Assembly (NCBI RefSeq): GCF_963921235.1
Contig: NC_086097.1
Span: forward strand, 128,776,001-128,840,000
Direction of reading: 5' to 3'
Length of the DNA stretch: 64,000 nt
Origin: Mobula hypostoma
Taxonomy: Eukaryota
The translations under genes and the position numbers were made by a program. The notes below the pieces were generated by a model. It was not told the DNA's origin, searched no databases, and saw only the letters and a list, made by a program, of their open reading frames with translations. Shown one piece after another: positions 10,931 through 24,300 of this stretch; within the stretch, counting starts at the first letter, position 1, and each line of letters begins with the position of its first letter.

Positions 10931-11167
10931 TGTTAGCACTAGGAAAAAAATTGCATTTGCCACCACTGGCTATTTTTCCTGTTGTCCCAAACACAATACA
11001 TCAGTATACATTTTCAGGTAAATGTATCCTTTCATTCAGTAACATAACCTTAGGATTCTTCCGTCTGGAATGTAAAAATGAGGAGATTAAAGGGAAGAGG
11101 CTTTGGGAGGGATTTCCTGAATTCAGTGCTGGGTACCTGAGGGCATGATCACTAATGATGAATTAAT

Positions 11168-11580
11168 TCAAAGTCAAAGTCAAAAGTCAAGGATGAGTTT
11201 ATTGTCCTGTGCTCTAATGCATGTACACACAGGTACAATGCAAATCTTACCATCTGCTGTATCATAGCCACATTGCATCAGATACAGAAGTTCACAAAAA
11301 AATAAATTAAACAAAATTATACAAGAAAGAATACAATTTGAAGAAGAACTAACAAAGTCCACTGTTGTGCAAAGTGGTCAAAGTGTTGCTAAGCGGAGGT
11401 AGTGATTAGTATTGTGCCATTTGGCTCAAGGGCGAGATGGTTGACGGAAGTAGTTGTTCTTGGAGGTGGTGGTGTGGGACTTCAGGCTTCTGTACCTGGT
11501 ACCCAATGGTAGCTGTGAGAAAATGGCATGGCCCAGAAGCTGGGGACTTCAGATGATAGATTCGGCATTTGGAACCAGCA
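11168..11580 (-). mobile_element. Rex1-like LINE 3' end
   Basis: (aagtca)n tail then tttattgtc. Homologous to 19365-19670 (minus) and 12555-12770 (plus). Confidence 0.6.
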
Positions 11581-14239
11581 ATACCTAAAGTACGTCAGGT
11601 ATGGAGGGTTGGGTGCAGGAGGAGTCTCCAAGTTGCCTTTTAATATCCAAGGGAGCACATCTTCTCAGAAATGCCTTCATTTTAATCTCCTTCCTCTTCC
11701 ATATATAAAGCCATTCTTCAAACTTGAACAAAAATAATTGACATTGCATGAACAGAATAAATATTTTGGGGTTATGCACATAATTAGATGTACAAAATAA
11801 TGTTTTGCAAATGATGATCATCTGCCCGATATCTGGTAGAAGAATTGTCTTTATTGACTACTTGCGGTCAAATGCGGTCTCAATGTTCCCAGCCGTATCC
11901 AAACAGGCAGCTCTAACCGACTCCCTGAAGAAATAAGTATAGGCTCTTCTTTTGATGCCACAAATTATCAGACCCAAGCATTGGCAGACTTGAACCTCGA
12001 CCCTATATTTAAGTATAATCCTGGTCATCATTCATGCAGCTGAGTTCATCTCCCACACAAAAGAAAACTGCTATTAGAGTGTCTGTTGTCACAAGCAGAG
12101 CAATAGGGGCTCTCCACTGCTTTTCAAACGCAGCATAATGCAACTCCTTACCGCTAATGTGACCCCCCGCTGACTCCTCTCAATAAATTACACATTGGAT
12201 AATGGATAGTTTGTGGGGCCTTTGCAAGCCTCTAATTCAATCAATGGGTTCTGATCAGATCATAAACCACCAGGGCAAAGCTCAAACAGGTTAGAAACAT
12301 CAGCAGATCGACCCATGATTGAATTGCAGTTTCACACTCAGCACCAACTACTTGCCACTGTATATAATGTATACTGAACAGGTTGGCTTTCTGCCCTGCA
12401 GCATGCAGATGCACAATGAAGACTAGGATTTGTAATGCGATTGTGACAATCGAGTGTAAGGGACGGAGCGTTCTCGTTCTCTGTAAAGCGTGTGACGACT
12501 TAAGCTGTTCTTTCTCATCACTGTCAACAGAGCACAGTCAATACCAACCTGAACGAAACCCTGTGTACATGCATTAGTGTACTGCAATGGACATTTTTTG
12601 TTTGGTTTTGTTCTGTTCTTTCTTGCATAATTTATTTTATGTTTTTTTTTCTGTGAATGTTGTGTATCCGATGTAATATACCTGTGATACTGCTGTAAGT
12701 AAGATTTTTCTTGCACCTACATGTACTTGTGCATATGATAATAGACTCAAGTTTAGATTTTAGACTTAAAAACTAACAAAGGCATACAGCATCTTCATCA
12801 CAGTTAACTGACTGGTGTAACATGCACAGACTCCCTCTGCTGAATCAACAGTCTACGGTGTTACATAGTTATTGAAATCAATGAATAAATAATAACATCG
12901 AGAACTAAAATTTAACCAATTTTCCAAGACTGGATTGGCTCAGAGTATGTTGCAGATGGTGTGTTACATCATGTAAGACTGAGTTTATAAAAAACAAGTG
13001 AAGCCAAAATGGTAGAACAGGCTTGAGGGCCTAAAGAGCCTTCTCCTGTTCCAAGCAGATTCAGGACTTCTTGGTACAGCACATCACAAAGATTTCAATA
13101 ATCTACAGGGGTAAAGGAATTGTCACTGCTTTGGGTCGAAAGCCTGCATCAGGACTCCATTCCACGAGCAAATGCTTCTCGATCCGCTGAGTTCCTCCAG
13201 CAGATTGTTTCTTCAGATTCCAGCATCTGCACTCTGTGTCTCCAGAGAGTTTTTTATTGACATGTATAAAAAAGGCGGACTCACCATTTTGAGGTTTTGA
13301 TGCTTTTAAAAATATCTTTGTTTCGTTCAGTGATTGTAAGAATGACTTAACGTGGTATGGCTCTGTAAGAGACTGTGATAAGATACCTTCTGTCTGTTCT
13401 GTTGTGACTCACGTTGAACCGTCACAACTCTAACACATGCCACCATTTCCAGATACTGTATAAGTGCACATGGTTTTCACAGCAAGATGCATAAAGGATA
13501 TGCACTCATATAGCACCTCTGATAATCCCTTAGTCCTTGACAGCTAAAGGTGCCACTGAAGTGTTTGAAAGAGAGGAGCTAATTTGTGCATTGCGTGCTC
13601 CCACAAACAACAATGTAATCTGATTTATGATATTAAGTGAGAGGCAAACAAGGACACCTGGATTAACTACAAAAAGATCCCAGGGATTACAATTCGCCAT
13701 GGAACAGGTGACCAGGCACAGCTATTTTTGCATCAGTCACTTGTCAGGGTAAGGGATATTATGATTATTGGTGACCCTGCACTGTTAGTGAACCTGAAAA
13801 TTAGTGCTGACCTTTAGACACATGTTTATTATTGCAGAGCTGTTGAGAAGGGTTGGTGTTGAAAGACAAAGATAGGTGTGCACATGCCATGTTATTGAAA
13901 GAAAGCAAAGATCGTTCAGTTGAAGGGATGCCCCAGCATCTCTGTTGAAAACTCTCCTGCGTTTTCACCAATCTCTGCCATCAATATTATATCCTTCAAA
14001 ATGCTCCTTATGCAATGCTTATAGGGGAGGAACAGCTGGCATTCTTCAAGGAGTGCTTCATGTTTAAGACTCCTGTACCTGGCCTGCAAAAGCAGAATTC
14101 TTGAACTTCCTGCCAATCGTCCACCGATAATTTTTATCACGATGTCACTGTTACTCTCTGTAACAGAGTAACTCTCTGTTACTCCAGGCCTCCAGCTCTA
14201 ACACCGACTGGTTAAATATTACCCAGAGTGCTGGGTGGT

Positions 14240-14556
14240 GCAAAGCAGCAGAGAGGGGTGGTTGAAGGGATAGGTGGGGATGAGGGGTCAGTGGGGATTA
14301 ATGGAGAGGAGTGTATGTGGAAAAGGGGTTGCGAAGGGTGGATGGCTTATGTTGGAGAATAGTGTGTGGGGAGGTGCTGGAGGGGTTTGGGTGGGAGAGA
14401 GAAATGGGCAGGGTTGATGGAGAGGGTAGAGAAGGATGGATGGGGTATATTGGAGAGAATTGGTGGCAGAGAGGGGTTGAGAGTGATGGCTAGGGTGTGT
14501 TGGTAGGGAAGGATGGGTGGAGGTGCAAAGATTTGGGTGGGGGTAGTGGGGAAACA
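14240..14556 (+). repeat. G-rich, purine-biased low-complexity tract
   Basis: Dense GGG/GGA/GTGG runs and very few C residues over ~310 bp. Confidence 0.8.
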
Positions 14557-14884
14557 GCATGTACCATTAAGGCAACATGCCTTAATGGAATCATATTTTA
14601 ATTCTATAATTGAATATTTGTTTTTTTTCTCACTTTTAACAATTTTCCAAACTTTGACTCACTTTTGAGGAAAAAAGGGACTTTTGACTGGTTTGAATCT
14701 CCAAAGCATTCAAAAATATTCAAAGCCATTTGAAAACTTTAGCAGTGAGGTAAACTGGCTGCCAACATAGTTCAACAATTTCATTGGTGAAACACACCCT
14801 CCCCTCTTCTTCCACTTCCACCAGCACGATTTATGCATGGTATTTACAGTAGAACAGTGGCCCATCACTTAAGTCAAAGTCATT

Positions 14885-15170
14885 GTGGGTGGTGCAGCTG
14901 GTAGAGCTGCTGCGTCACAACATCAGGCACTCAAAGACTAAGGTTCAACCCGTAGAGTTGCTGTCTGTGTGGAGTTTGCACGTTCTCCCTGTGACTGCAT
15001 GAGTTGCCTTCGAAAATGTTTATTTAAAAGACATGCTGATGGTTGAATTAATTGGCCGCTGTAAACTGTTACAGTGTGTAGGCGAGAGATAGATTTTTGG
15101 GAAATTAATGTAGGATTAGACTAAATTAGTGAGAATGGACTGAAGGACCTGCTTCTGTCCTGTATCACTC
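14885..15170 (+). mobile_element. tRNA-derived V-SINE (HE1-like)
   Basis: A-box-like ggtgcagctggtagagc, B-box-like ggttcaacc, V-domain tgtgtggagtttgcacgttctccctgtg, and a CR1-like tail. Confidence 0.8.
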
Positions 15171-15344
15171 TATTTCTCTAAGTTCTCTCAACGGGGAATG
15201 AGCAAAGGGTATACTGGACAAATCAAGGGAACTGTAGTCAGCACGGGTGACTCAGTACTCATATCAATATCCAAGTCAGTGCTCTAATGAGAATCAAGCT
15301 AAACTAAGTATCTTTGTAAAAAGTATCTTGTGCTTTCCCGGCGT

Positions 15345-15437
15345 ATACGACAAATAAACTTTCCTTGGACTTCCAGCCAGGTACAGGCATCGAATTCAAC
15401 CAATGTTTTGATGACAAACTCTGTCATCTTCATCCCT
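15345..15437 (-). mobile_element. Terminal fragment of a probable second Penelope-like family
   Basis: Minus strand reads gGATGAa-gatgacag-agt-ttgtcatc-aaaacatt, a degenerate hammerhead layout with an 8-bp stem II. Confidence 0.5.
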
Positions 15438-15927
15438 GAAATGTATATTTGGTATGCCAAAATGTTCAAATTGCTTTTGTGGTTCAATACTATCAGGTTG
15501 TGACAATAAAACTTATAAGAAAATTAACCGCAGAATTTTTGGAATTCATGCTCTTTAAAAACGAAAAGCACAGCGTGGATTAACATGATTTACAGAGACA
15601 TTCTGGGAATAAGGGAATGGAAGTCAAAACGGTTCAATTTGTCATTGGTTAATTTAAACTCGAAAAGCCATTTACAGCTATTAGTGGGTTCTGCTGTTCG
15701 AATGTATTTCGGCTGAGCAGAGTTTGAAGAGAGAGAAATAGATTGTAAGGGCAGAAAACTCATGGAGTAAACTAAGACAGCGGATAATGAGACAATACAG
15801 ATTTCATATGTCCTTGGTGAACCAATATTAGGAACTAGTTCACACATTCTGTCACCAGAGATCAACCAACTAAGGAAAATGATCATATACATGAGAAAGT
15901 TTGTAGATGCTAAAAAACCAAAGCAAT

Positions 15928-16440
15928 ACATACAAAACACTGGAGGAACTCAGCAGGCCAGGCAGCATCTATGGAAATGAATAAACAATGAACATTTCCG
16001 GCTGAGTCCCTTCTTCAGGACTGTAAAGTAAGGGGGAAGACGTCAGAATAAAATAGTGTGGGGAGGGGAAGGGGGAATAGCTAGAAGGTGATAGGTGAAG
16101 CCAGGTAGTTAGGAAAGATAATGGTCTGGAGAGGAAGGAATCTGATAGGAAAGGAGAGTGGACCATAGGAGAAAGGAAAGGAGGAGGGGACCTAGTGGGA
16201 GGTGATGAGCAGGTGAGAAGAGGTAAGAGGCCAGAGTGGTGAATAGAAGAAGGGGGAGGGTGATGGAAAATTTATTTTAACCAGAAGGAGAAATCAATAT
16301 TCATGCTGTCAGATTAAAGGCTACTCAGATGGAATATAAGGTGCTGCTCCTCCACCTTGAGGTGACCTCACAAGAGAAGGCTATGGACCAACATGCTGGA
16401 ACAAGAATGGGAATTGACATGTCGGAATTGGAATGGGAAA
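15928..16440 (-). mobile_element. Penelope-like element remnant
   Basis: Colinear with 30577-31040; contains a degenerate hammerhead motif at 15986-16023. Confidence 0.8.
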
Positions 16441-19400
16441 GATCAATATTGCTTGGTACCTGTAGTCCATTCATTTACTCCCATCTGGACACATTTTCCC
16501 TCAGTCCTCCAAACATCCTTTACAATTCATAATTAACGACAACAGCTAATACGCGAAGAGATCTTTTAAAATAAATTATTGGATTTTATCTGAATTCCAT
16601 ATACATTGTTCATGCGATGGAGAAAATTCAAAATGTGAGATTCATACAGTGAAACAAGTATAGAGCTTTGCAAGGGGCGCTAACCCTCTATCCCTTCATC
16701 TGATTAACATGCAAATAATTATCATCATTTGTCCTGACTATAGCTAGAGACTGACCCTGCCCTGCCCAGTGTCCTGGGCAAAGTATTCCAATAACTTCTG
16801 GGTGAAGAAATTTCTTCACACCTCAGTCTCATCTCAGACAACAGCTAATTTTGAGGCTCTATGCCTTTTTCTGGACACCCTAGTCTGGGGAAACAGCTTC
16901 CCTGAACCGACTTTGTCGAACTTGTAGAAGTTCCTCATTTCAATTGAATGATCGAAGAAAAGAGAAAAATGGGTGTCAGGTGAATTAGCGTCATATCTGG
17001 GGTGGAAAGGGAAATAAAAAGATTTAATTGAGACAGAAAAAAAAAGACACCTAAAAATTAGATTTTCAGAATGCAGGAGCAATTTGCTATCTACTGAAAT
17101 TAGATTTTAAATATCTGGAATGAAGAGGGTGAACTATACTGAAAACGCTGCTCCTTTTCTCATGTTTCTATGGTATCTCCCCTGCTCTTAGAGTCATAGA
17201 ATCATAGAGAGTTAGAGCATGAAAATATGACCTTTGTGGCCATCCCAACAAATCACCAAATTTATTGCATGAATCGTACATTAATCCTATTTTTTAATTC
17301 TCCAACATGGGGTACTTGAACCCAGAACATTCTAACTAAGATGCTAGGATGCTACCCAATGAGTTGTGATAGATACTAGTAGGAAAGATATGGGCTGAAG
17401 CCTAGAATGTGCAATCCACACAATGATACATTTGAAGAGCAATGCTTCATTCCGACAGCATTGGTACAACATTTCTAGTACTTCAGATATGCAGGAAATA
17501 AATTTTGATTCAGATAGATACAAACTCGTCAAAGGATATAGCTACAGCTTATCCAGGTCCAACAGGAGTAGGTACCCCTCTAAACCTTTTGCGTCATTTC
17601 ATTAAGTTAAATATCAGATTTAAGTAAAAAAAGGTTTTGTTCAACCTGACATTTCTAGTATCACACCTCCCCCCATCCCGACATTTATTCACATGTTAGG
17701 GCTTGACACTATCTAACATATACCCTATTATTTCCCTTTAAATGAGCTGAAGACATTAATGAGATTAATACATTTTGGCACATTTGCAGCATTTAGCAAC
17801 ATAATTGGAGAATAATGCATTAAAGGTCAGATAGACATGTAAAACGACAGCTAATGTATTTCTGTGTTCAAAGCTGTGAAGCTTGGATAATTTTATCAGC
17901 TGAACTTGGCGCTGTCAGTACAATATTTTTTTTTAAATACTATCATTATCAAAATCAGTTTGGCTTTCATAGTCACCAACCTACCCTGCACTCACTCATT
18001 TATAGAATGAAGCTGCATTGTTGGACCTACGATGTTACAAAACTACTGATTTTTAATTGGCATTTAGGGACATGCATTGAATAGGAATTAGGAATTAAAT
18101 TAGGAATAAATAAAAGAAAGTGCTTTCTCTTTGATAATTTTTGATATCCCAACAATCCTCTAAGAAGGGGTTTTGAAGTCTTTTTGCATTGGTAAATTGG
18201 GGAGAATGCTATTTATCTGCAGTGAGTTGACAGACACAGAAGTGGGACAATGATGTGTCCAACTCTTTCGATGATGTTGATTGATTGATGGACAGATATT
18301 GACAAGGTCACAAGGAAGAATTGGTCATTTTCAAAGTAGTATACCAGAGATGGTGAAAGGTTTACAAAAGATTATACCAATACTGAGAAGTGTTAGGAAA
18401 AGCTGTACAGGTTGAGGTTATTGTGTCTAGGAAACAAAAGACTGAGAGGTGAGCTAAAAGAGGTATTTAAGACAACAGAAGGATCTGGCAGGGCAGAAGA
18501 AGAAAATACATTTCAAAATTAGTGGGATTAAACCAAAGGCCACAAATCTAACGATGAAGTCAAAAGAATATTCTTTATCCGGAATGTGACTTGAACGTAG
18601 AAGTCACTGAGGTGATGGGCAGAGATGTATTTAAGTGGCAGCTGGATATGGGGGTGATAGGAATGAAAGGGGTTTGTTAAAGAGACTACATGAAGAAGAA
18701 TGGAAAGAGCCCCAAATGAGCAATGAGTGCTGGCAGTTTGGATAGTCCGGTTCTGTGTAATGACTGCTTGGTAATATGTATGCAAACCACATTCATAGCA
18801 TTTCAAACAAGGGTCAGCATACAGTGTTGTTCTCTCAGGAGTTGCAAGATCTACAAGTTTAGGATATCAATATGCCAGTGTTATCTCTTACTGAGTGGCA
18901 ATGGTGAGCATTTTTGATGGCAACCCAAAGTAAAGAACAGTGAGGAATTGGCAAATTTACTTTTTCTGTATTTAGCCTTTTCTTAATTAATTCTCAAATA
19001 TTTTAGATTCTTTAATTAAAATTGTTACTTTACTAAATAGATTTTAATGTTTTTTGATTATTTAAGCCTCATTGAATTGAGTGTATATTCAAAACTAGGC
19101 ATTACACCATCCCCCCAGTGCCCCTTCTGACTCAAGGTGTAATGCTCGTTATCTCCTCAGTCTAATCAACCTATCCTTCTCTTTCACCTACCTGACTTCC
19201 CACACCATCTCTCTGCATTGATCCTGAGGCATGTCCCTGCTATTCTCTTTTAAATTGGTATTAAATTTAGCTAATCTTAGGTTTGTACAGTGACAAAAAA
19301 GAGCAGGGATTTCTTCCAAAGTCATGGTCAACAACCAATGTCACTACAACAGATTAATTCAACATCAAAGTCAGGTTTATTGTCCTATGCCAAGTAAAGG

Positions 19401-19944
19401 TGCAAAGCATCACAGATAAGCTGCATTTACAAAGAAAACATAAGTTATGCAGTTTTTACAGGAAAGAACATAAGAAGAACAAAAAAAAAATCTGTTGTAT
19501 TGCAAAGTGATCCAAGTGCTCATAATGTTGCTATACTGATGTAATGGTTAGAGTTGTGCAGGTTGGTTCAAGAAGCGAATGATTGAAGAGAAATTTCTGT
19601 ACTTGTCCCTGGTGGTGTGGGTCTTCAGACTTCTGTACCTTCTGCTCTATGGTATCTGTGAGAAGATTGCATCAACCTTGATATCCGTGTGTCTTTGCTG
19701 TGTGCTTAAGTAGGCTGTGTTGGTGCTCACAAGGTGAAATGATGTTTTGCGATTAATTAGAGTCACAGAAGCTGGTCCCTCAGTCATTCGAGTCCACACC
19801 TAGTTACAGTAATCCTTCACTAGTCCCATTTTAATTGCCCCACATTTCCATTAGCTCCATTCATCTACATGCTGGTGACAATTGACAGGATCTACTACTA
19901 CCAGCCCATGCATTTCTTAAATACAAAAGCAAGCAAAGGCTCTA

Positions 19945-20235
19945 TAAGATGGCCGGGCTGTCATGATGTTGAGCTCTCCTTTGCCTCCGTGCCTTCTTCC
20001 TTGGCAAGGAGTCCCTACTCCCCACTGATGACCCTTTCTCCCATTTCCATCACTCTTACTCTTGGACACTACCTTCCAGCCTTTTGCCCCTTCTTGACCT
20101 TTAGTTCTGATGCAGGGTTCTTGACCCAAAATGTTGGCGAACCCTTTCCCTTTGCAAGTGATGCCTGATCCACTGAGTTTCTCTAACAATTTTTTTTTTG
20201 CTCCAAGTTCCAGCATCAGTAGACTCTTGTGTTTC
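19945..20235 (+). mobile_element. Penelope-like terminal repeat, apparently inserted in an old minus-strand V-SINE
   Basis: Pyrimidine tract, then ttctgatgcagggttcttgacccaaaatgtt...gatgcctgatccactgagttt...ttccagcatc. Confidence 0.55.
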
Positions 20236-20669
20236 CAAACTTGCTTTGGATATGGGAGGAATTTGGAGTATTCAGAAGAAGACCCGTGTGAACACAGAAC
20301 AAACACAAACTCGGGAGGCAGGGATGGTAAGGATCAAACCTAGGCCACTGGAATTGGGGGGGCTATTCCACTCAACAATCACAACGTATGATGTGAGGAA
20401 ACTGTTTTCACCTGTCACTATCTCCTTAAAGGATAGCATTGCGTTGATCAGAGGACAATAGAAAAACCCAGGACAGGTTCTAATGACATGTGGACAGTTG
20501 TGCAGATTATTTGTCAATTCACCTGTGAGTGGTGCTCAGTTAAAATACCTCAGCTATCCTTAAATTCATACAGCTTCAGAGCTTGCAGTATGAAAACCCA
20601 GGCTGGAGCACCACTACTGTGCTGCACTGTAAGGGATACCACAAGGTGTTAAACCGAGGTCCCTCCAGG

Positions 20670-21140
20670 TAGCCCATTCCCCTCAACTGCCCCTTTTCCT
20701 CTCTTCCTTATCTATCCTGGTCCACCTTCATACCCCAACTGACCCCATCACCAGGTTCTTTCCCTTCCCCCACTCAATCTGCGAATCACTGCTCAATTCT
20801 CCCCAGTAGGTCCCTCCCCACTTCTGTCCCCATGAGTTCTCCCACCTCTCTATTTGGTTCCATGATCAACCTTCCTCTCCTATCCAATTCCTTCATCTGC
20901 AGCCCTTTGTTGCCTCCAATTACCAGCTCCCACCCTCTTCCCTCTATCACCTGATTTTACCTGCTAACCAACCCCTACTCATCCATACCCATATATCACT
21001 TCCCAGCTCTTGCCCTCTCCTCTTTACGCCAGCTACTCTTTCAGTCTAGGTGAAGGGTTTCAACCCAAAACATTGACTGACCATTTATTTCCTTACACAG
21101 ATAATACCTGACCTGCTGAGTTCCTCCAGCAGATTGTTTC
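20670..21140 (+). mobile_element. Penelope-like terminal repeat, decayed
   Basis: Pyrimidine-rich tract followed by cagtctaggtgaagggtttcaacccaaaacattgactg...cctgacctgctgagttcctccagc. Confidence 0.6.
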
Positions 21141-21221
21141 TTGTCCAGCCATTCTGGTGCATATAAAGGATCCCATGGCTTATTCTGAGGATGATCAGGG
21201 GAAGTTAGTACTACATATCAA

Positions 21222-21385
21222 AAAAATGCTGGAAATGCTCTGTAAGTCAGGCAGCATCTGTGGAGAGGACAACAAAGTTAATGTTTCAGATCAGAAGTCC
21301 ACAGATGCTGCCAGACTTGAGGAACATTTCCAGTGTTTCTACTTTTATTTCAGATTTCTGTCATCTGCAGTACTTTGCCTTCTGA
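21222..21385. mobile_element. Fold-back PLE-derived short element
   Basis: ctggaaatgctctgtaagtcaggcagcatctgtgga pairs with tccacagatgctgccagacttgaggaacatttccag. Confidence 0.7.
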
Positions 21386-24300
21386 TGTATCGCCATTGCC
21401 CTGACCAATATTCACCCCCGACATAAATACAAGAGATTATCTAGTCTCTATCATATTGCTGGCTTCTGCACATCCTGTGTAACAATCTGGCCACATCACA
21501 GAAAGAATATCTAATTGGCTACGAGTGTCTAGGAAAATTCTACAAAGATGCAAAGGTTGCTATATAAATGCAAGTCTTCCAGTTTTCAGTTGAGAAGCCT
21601 CAAGCTCCTTGCCTTACCCTGGGCTACTCCTTGGTATTTACCTTACCTGACGGATCAGCAGCTAAACGTCATACCACCAACACTTCCTGCATCAATGCAC
21701 TGGGGTGTCTTATGGTTCAGCCGCTTGCCTTGAATGTGGCAAGTTCCCAAAGACACAATATCCTCCATCTCTTGTATTCAGCTGCTCAAATAAGGGGTTA
21801 AGTGCAACTCCCACCGAAGGCTCTAGTTGCTCCAATGTAAAAACAGCTCCGGCAGTCTCAATTTCAGTCAGTCTAATAGCTCCAGCGAGCCGCCTTCTAG
21901 ACCAGAGTCCAGCTCCTTATTTGACAAAATTCCCACTTAGAGAGGATCTGGGTTTAATAAATGGAGGACTCACAGCAGCAGATGTTACTCATTTAATGAC
22001 TGAGGCTGCATTCAGGAGGGAACTGGGCCAACTATTGTCACTGACCTAATAATGCTTAGTGCTGATTTGAAGTACACAGAAGCAATAAAAGCCACAAATG
22101 TGCACATAAATAAAATAAAACTGAGCAGGAAAATGCAGTGTCGGCTCTGAAGCAGGAAATGTAGTTCAAAGGGGTGTGTAGGGTTGTTCTTCTGATTAAT
22201 TGTAGCTTCACTGCATTATAGTCAAGAAATGTTCATGCAACAGTAGAAATCAAACACAACGTGAAAATCAGTGCTGAAGCCAACATTTCTCTATGCAAAT
22301 TCACAGTATTAAATGCAAAATTTCTCATAGGGTAAATTAATAGAATTACAAAAATTTAATGATAGCAATTAAAGACAAAAAATGCAAATTTTATAGTCAA
22401 GGACAATTACTCCATTTAGAGTGTATTGGAGTGGTGCCAGATTAGGGTAATTTAGATCCAACTAGCTCTCGGTTATACCATGATGAATGTTTGTGCTTCT
22501 TCGCTGAAATGCAAATAGGTAAGAGGTTCGGGGAAAAAAAGCTGAAATTAGAACCACCATGAACAGTACTTCATTAAAATGACGTGTGCTATCCACAGGC
22601 AGAATAAAATAGGGCTGCTTCCTTTCTGATGTTGTAGAAGACCGTATCTACTGGTGATCAGGACTACGTGTTATGACTGCAGATATTGTATTTAATTACA
22701 AAAGCCCATTAAAGAGTTTAACATTGTGCATCGGACAATGTGAATCACAACCAAAGGTTTATTCTGTCCCATATGATAACATTTAACATGAATGAAATCT
22801 GATCAATGAGCAAGCTATAAAGATCAGTGCTTAAAAATAAGGGATCACCCTACTTAAGAGATGAGTGAAAATATACTCTCTCAAAGTGTCGTGGAATGCA
22901 CTTTCTCAAAGGCTGGCGGTTTAAGGAAAGATATATTTTGAGTCTTTGAGTAATGCAGCATGGAAGCAGGTACTTTGGCCCAACACTTCAATGCTCTCCA
23001 CCGTGCCCACTAAGCTTGTCCCATTTGCTCGCATTTGGCCCATATCCATCTAAACCCCTCCTATCTTTGTTTTTATCCAAATAGCTTTTAAATATTTCTA
23101 TTTGTCTTTTAAATGTTGTTATGCTGTAGTTATATATTCTTCATAAGCAAGGAGGGACAGGTTGGAGTGCAGAGCTCCATGGTCAGTCCGATTTGTCATG
23201 CGTTTATTAAATAGCAGAAAAGATCCGGGGACCAAAAAAAGGCAAACTCCCACTTCTGTTTCACATGTCTGCTTGTTGCAAAAAACCATTTGAAAAGGTT
23301 GCGCAGACATGCAGCAGATATCTCAGTTGCATCTTTTAATCTTATGGATTTGCCTTTGCATTTTCAGTTTAAAGTTTTCACTGTCGTCTGTGGCCATCAA
23401 TCAAAAAATACAAACCAACAGGTAACTTCATTCTTCACAAGCTATTGTCTATAGTTCTCTTTGTCTCTGCCATTCTGCCTGGCTATCTAATCAATCTATC
23501 TCTCTGTCGGTTTATCTTATGTTTTCAACCACTGACTGATGTGACAGGCTCCCAAAATGAACAGCTTAATTGCTTTATATGTGCTTATATTAAGTAGGTA
23601 TGTTGGAGCTGAAATATCTCAGGAATTTCACTTGTCATTCCTTGCAAACAACTGAAGCATCACCTACAGCTGTCTCTCTTTATCTGCTGGAGAGCCTTCT
23701 TGTAGGGTCCAGCATGGAAGCCATTCAGCCCATTCTCACCGTGCTATCCCTTTGAAAGAGTCTCCCAGTAGTTATGCTCACCAACCAGCTCTTCTGCTAA
23801 TTCTTCCCTTTCAGAGGTTGTTGTTTCAACTGCATCCACTTCACCAGGTTAGTGTGCATCAAATTGTAACTATTTGACAATAAAGAACTGTGAAGTTGTA
23901 ATTAACTGCCGGTCATTGTGAAAATGTTCAACATGAATAATGGAGCAAAAGCACAGAAAGAGAAACATACAGGGATGGTCTGTGGTGTAAAATCACTGTG
24001 ATACTGCATAGATGTTGATGTTCTTTTGGAAGTGGTTTACCTACCTTCACTGCTTGATTTGGGATGAGGGCTGGAAAAGAAATAAAATTTCAGATGCTGG
24101 AATCTGTTGCAAAAACAGAAAATACTGGAAGAACTCAGCAGGTCAAGCAGCATCTGTGCAAAGAGAAACCAGTAAATGTTTTGAGACAGGAGCTCCAAGT
24201 TCTGAGCAAGTGTTAATTGTACATTCTGAGCAGGGGTGGGCTCGCTCATCCTCTCTTTCACCATTCAGCGACTTCAATGGGACGCCCTCCAAACACAGTG

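Noticed and set aside
14885..14960. tRNA gene
   Set aside because: The A/B-box-like motifs are followed by a V-SINE core, and no cloverleaf can be formed.
21705..22049. 114-aa ORF as a host exon
   Set aside because: No recognisable protein similarity; more plausibly non-coding sequence.
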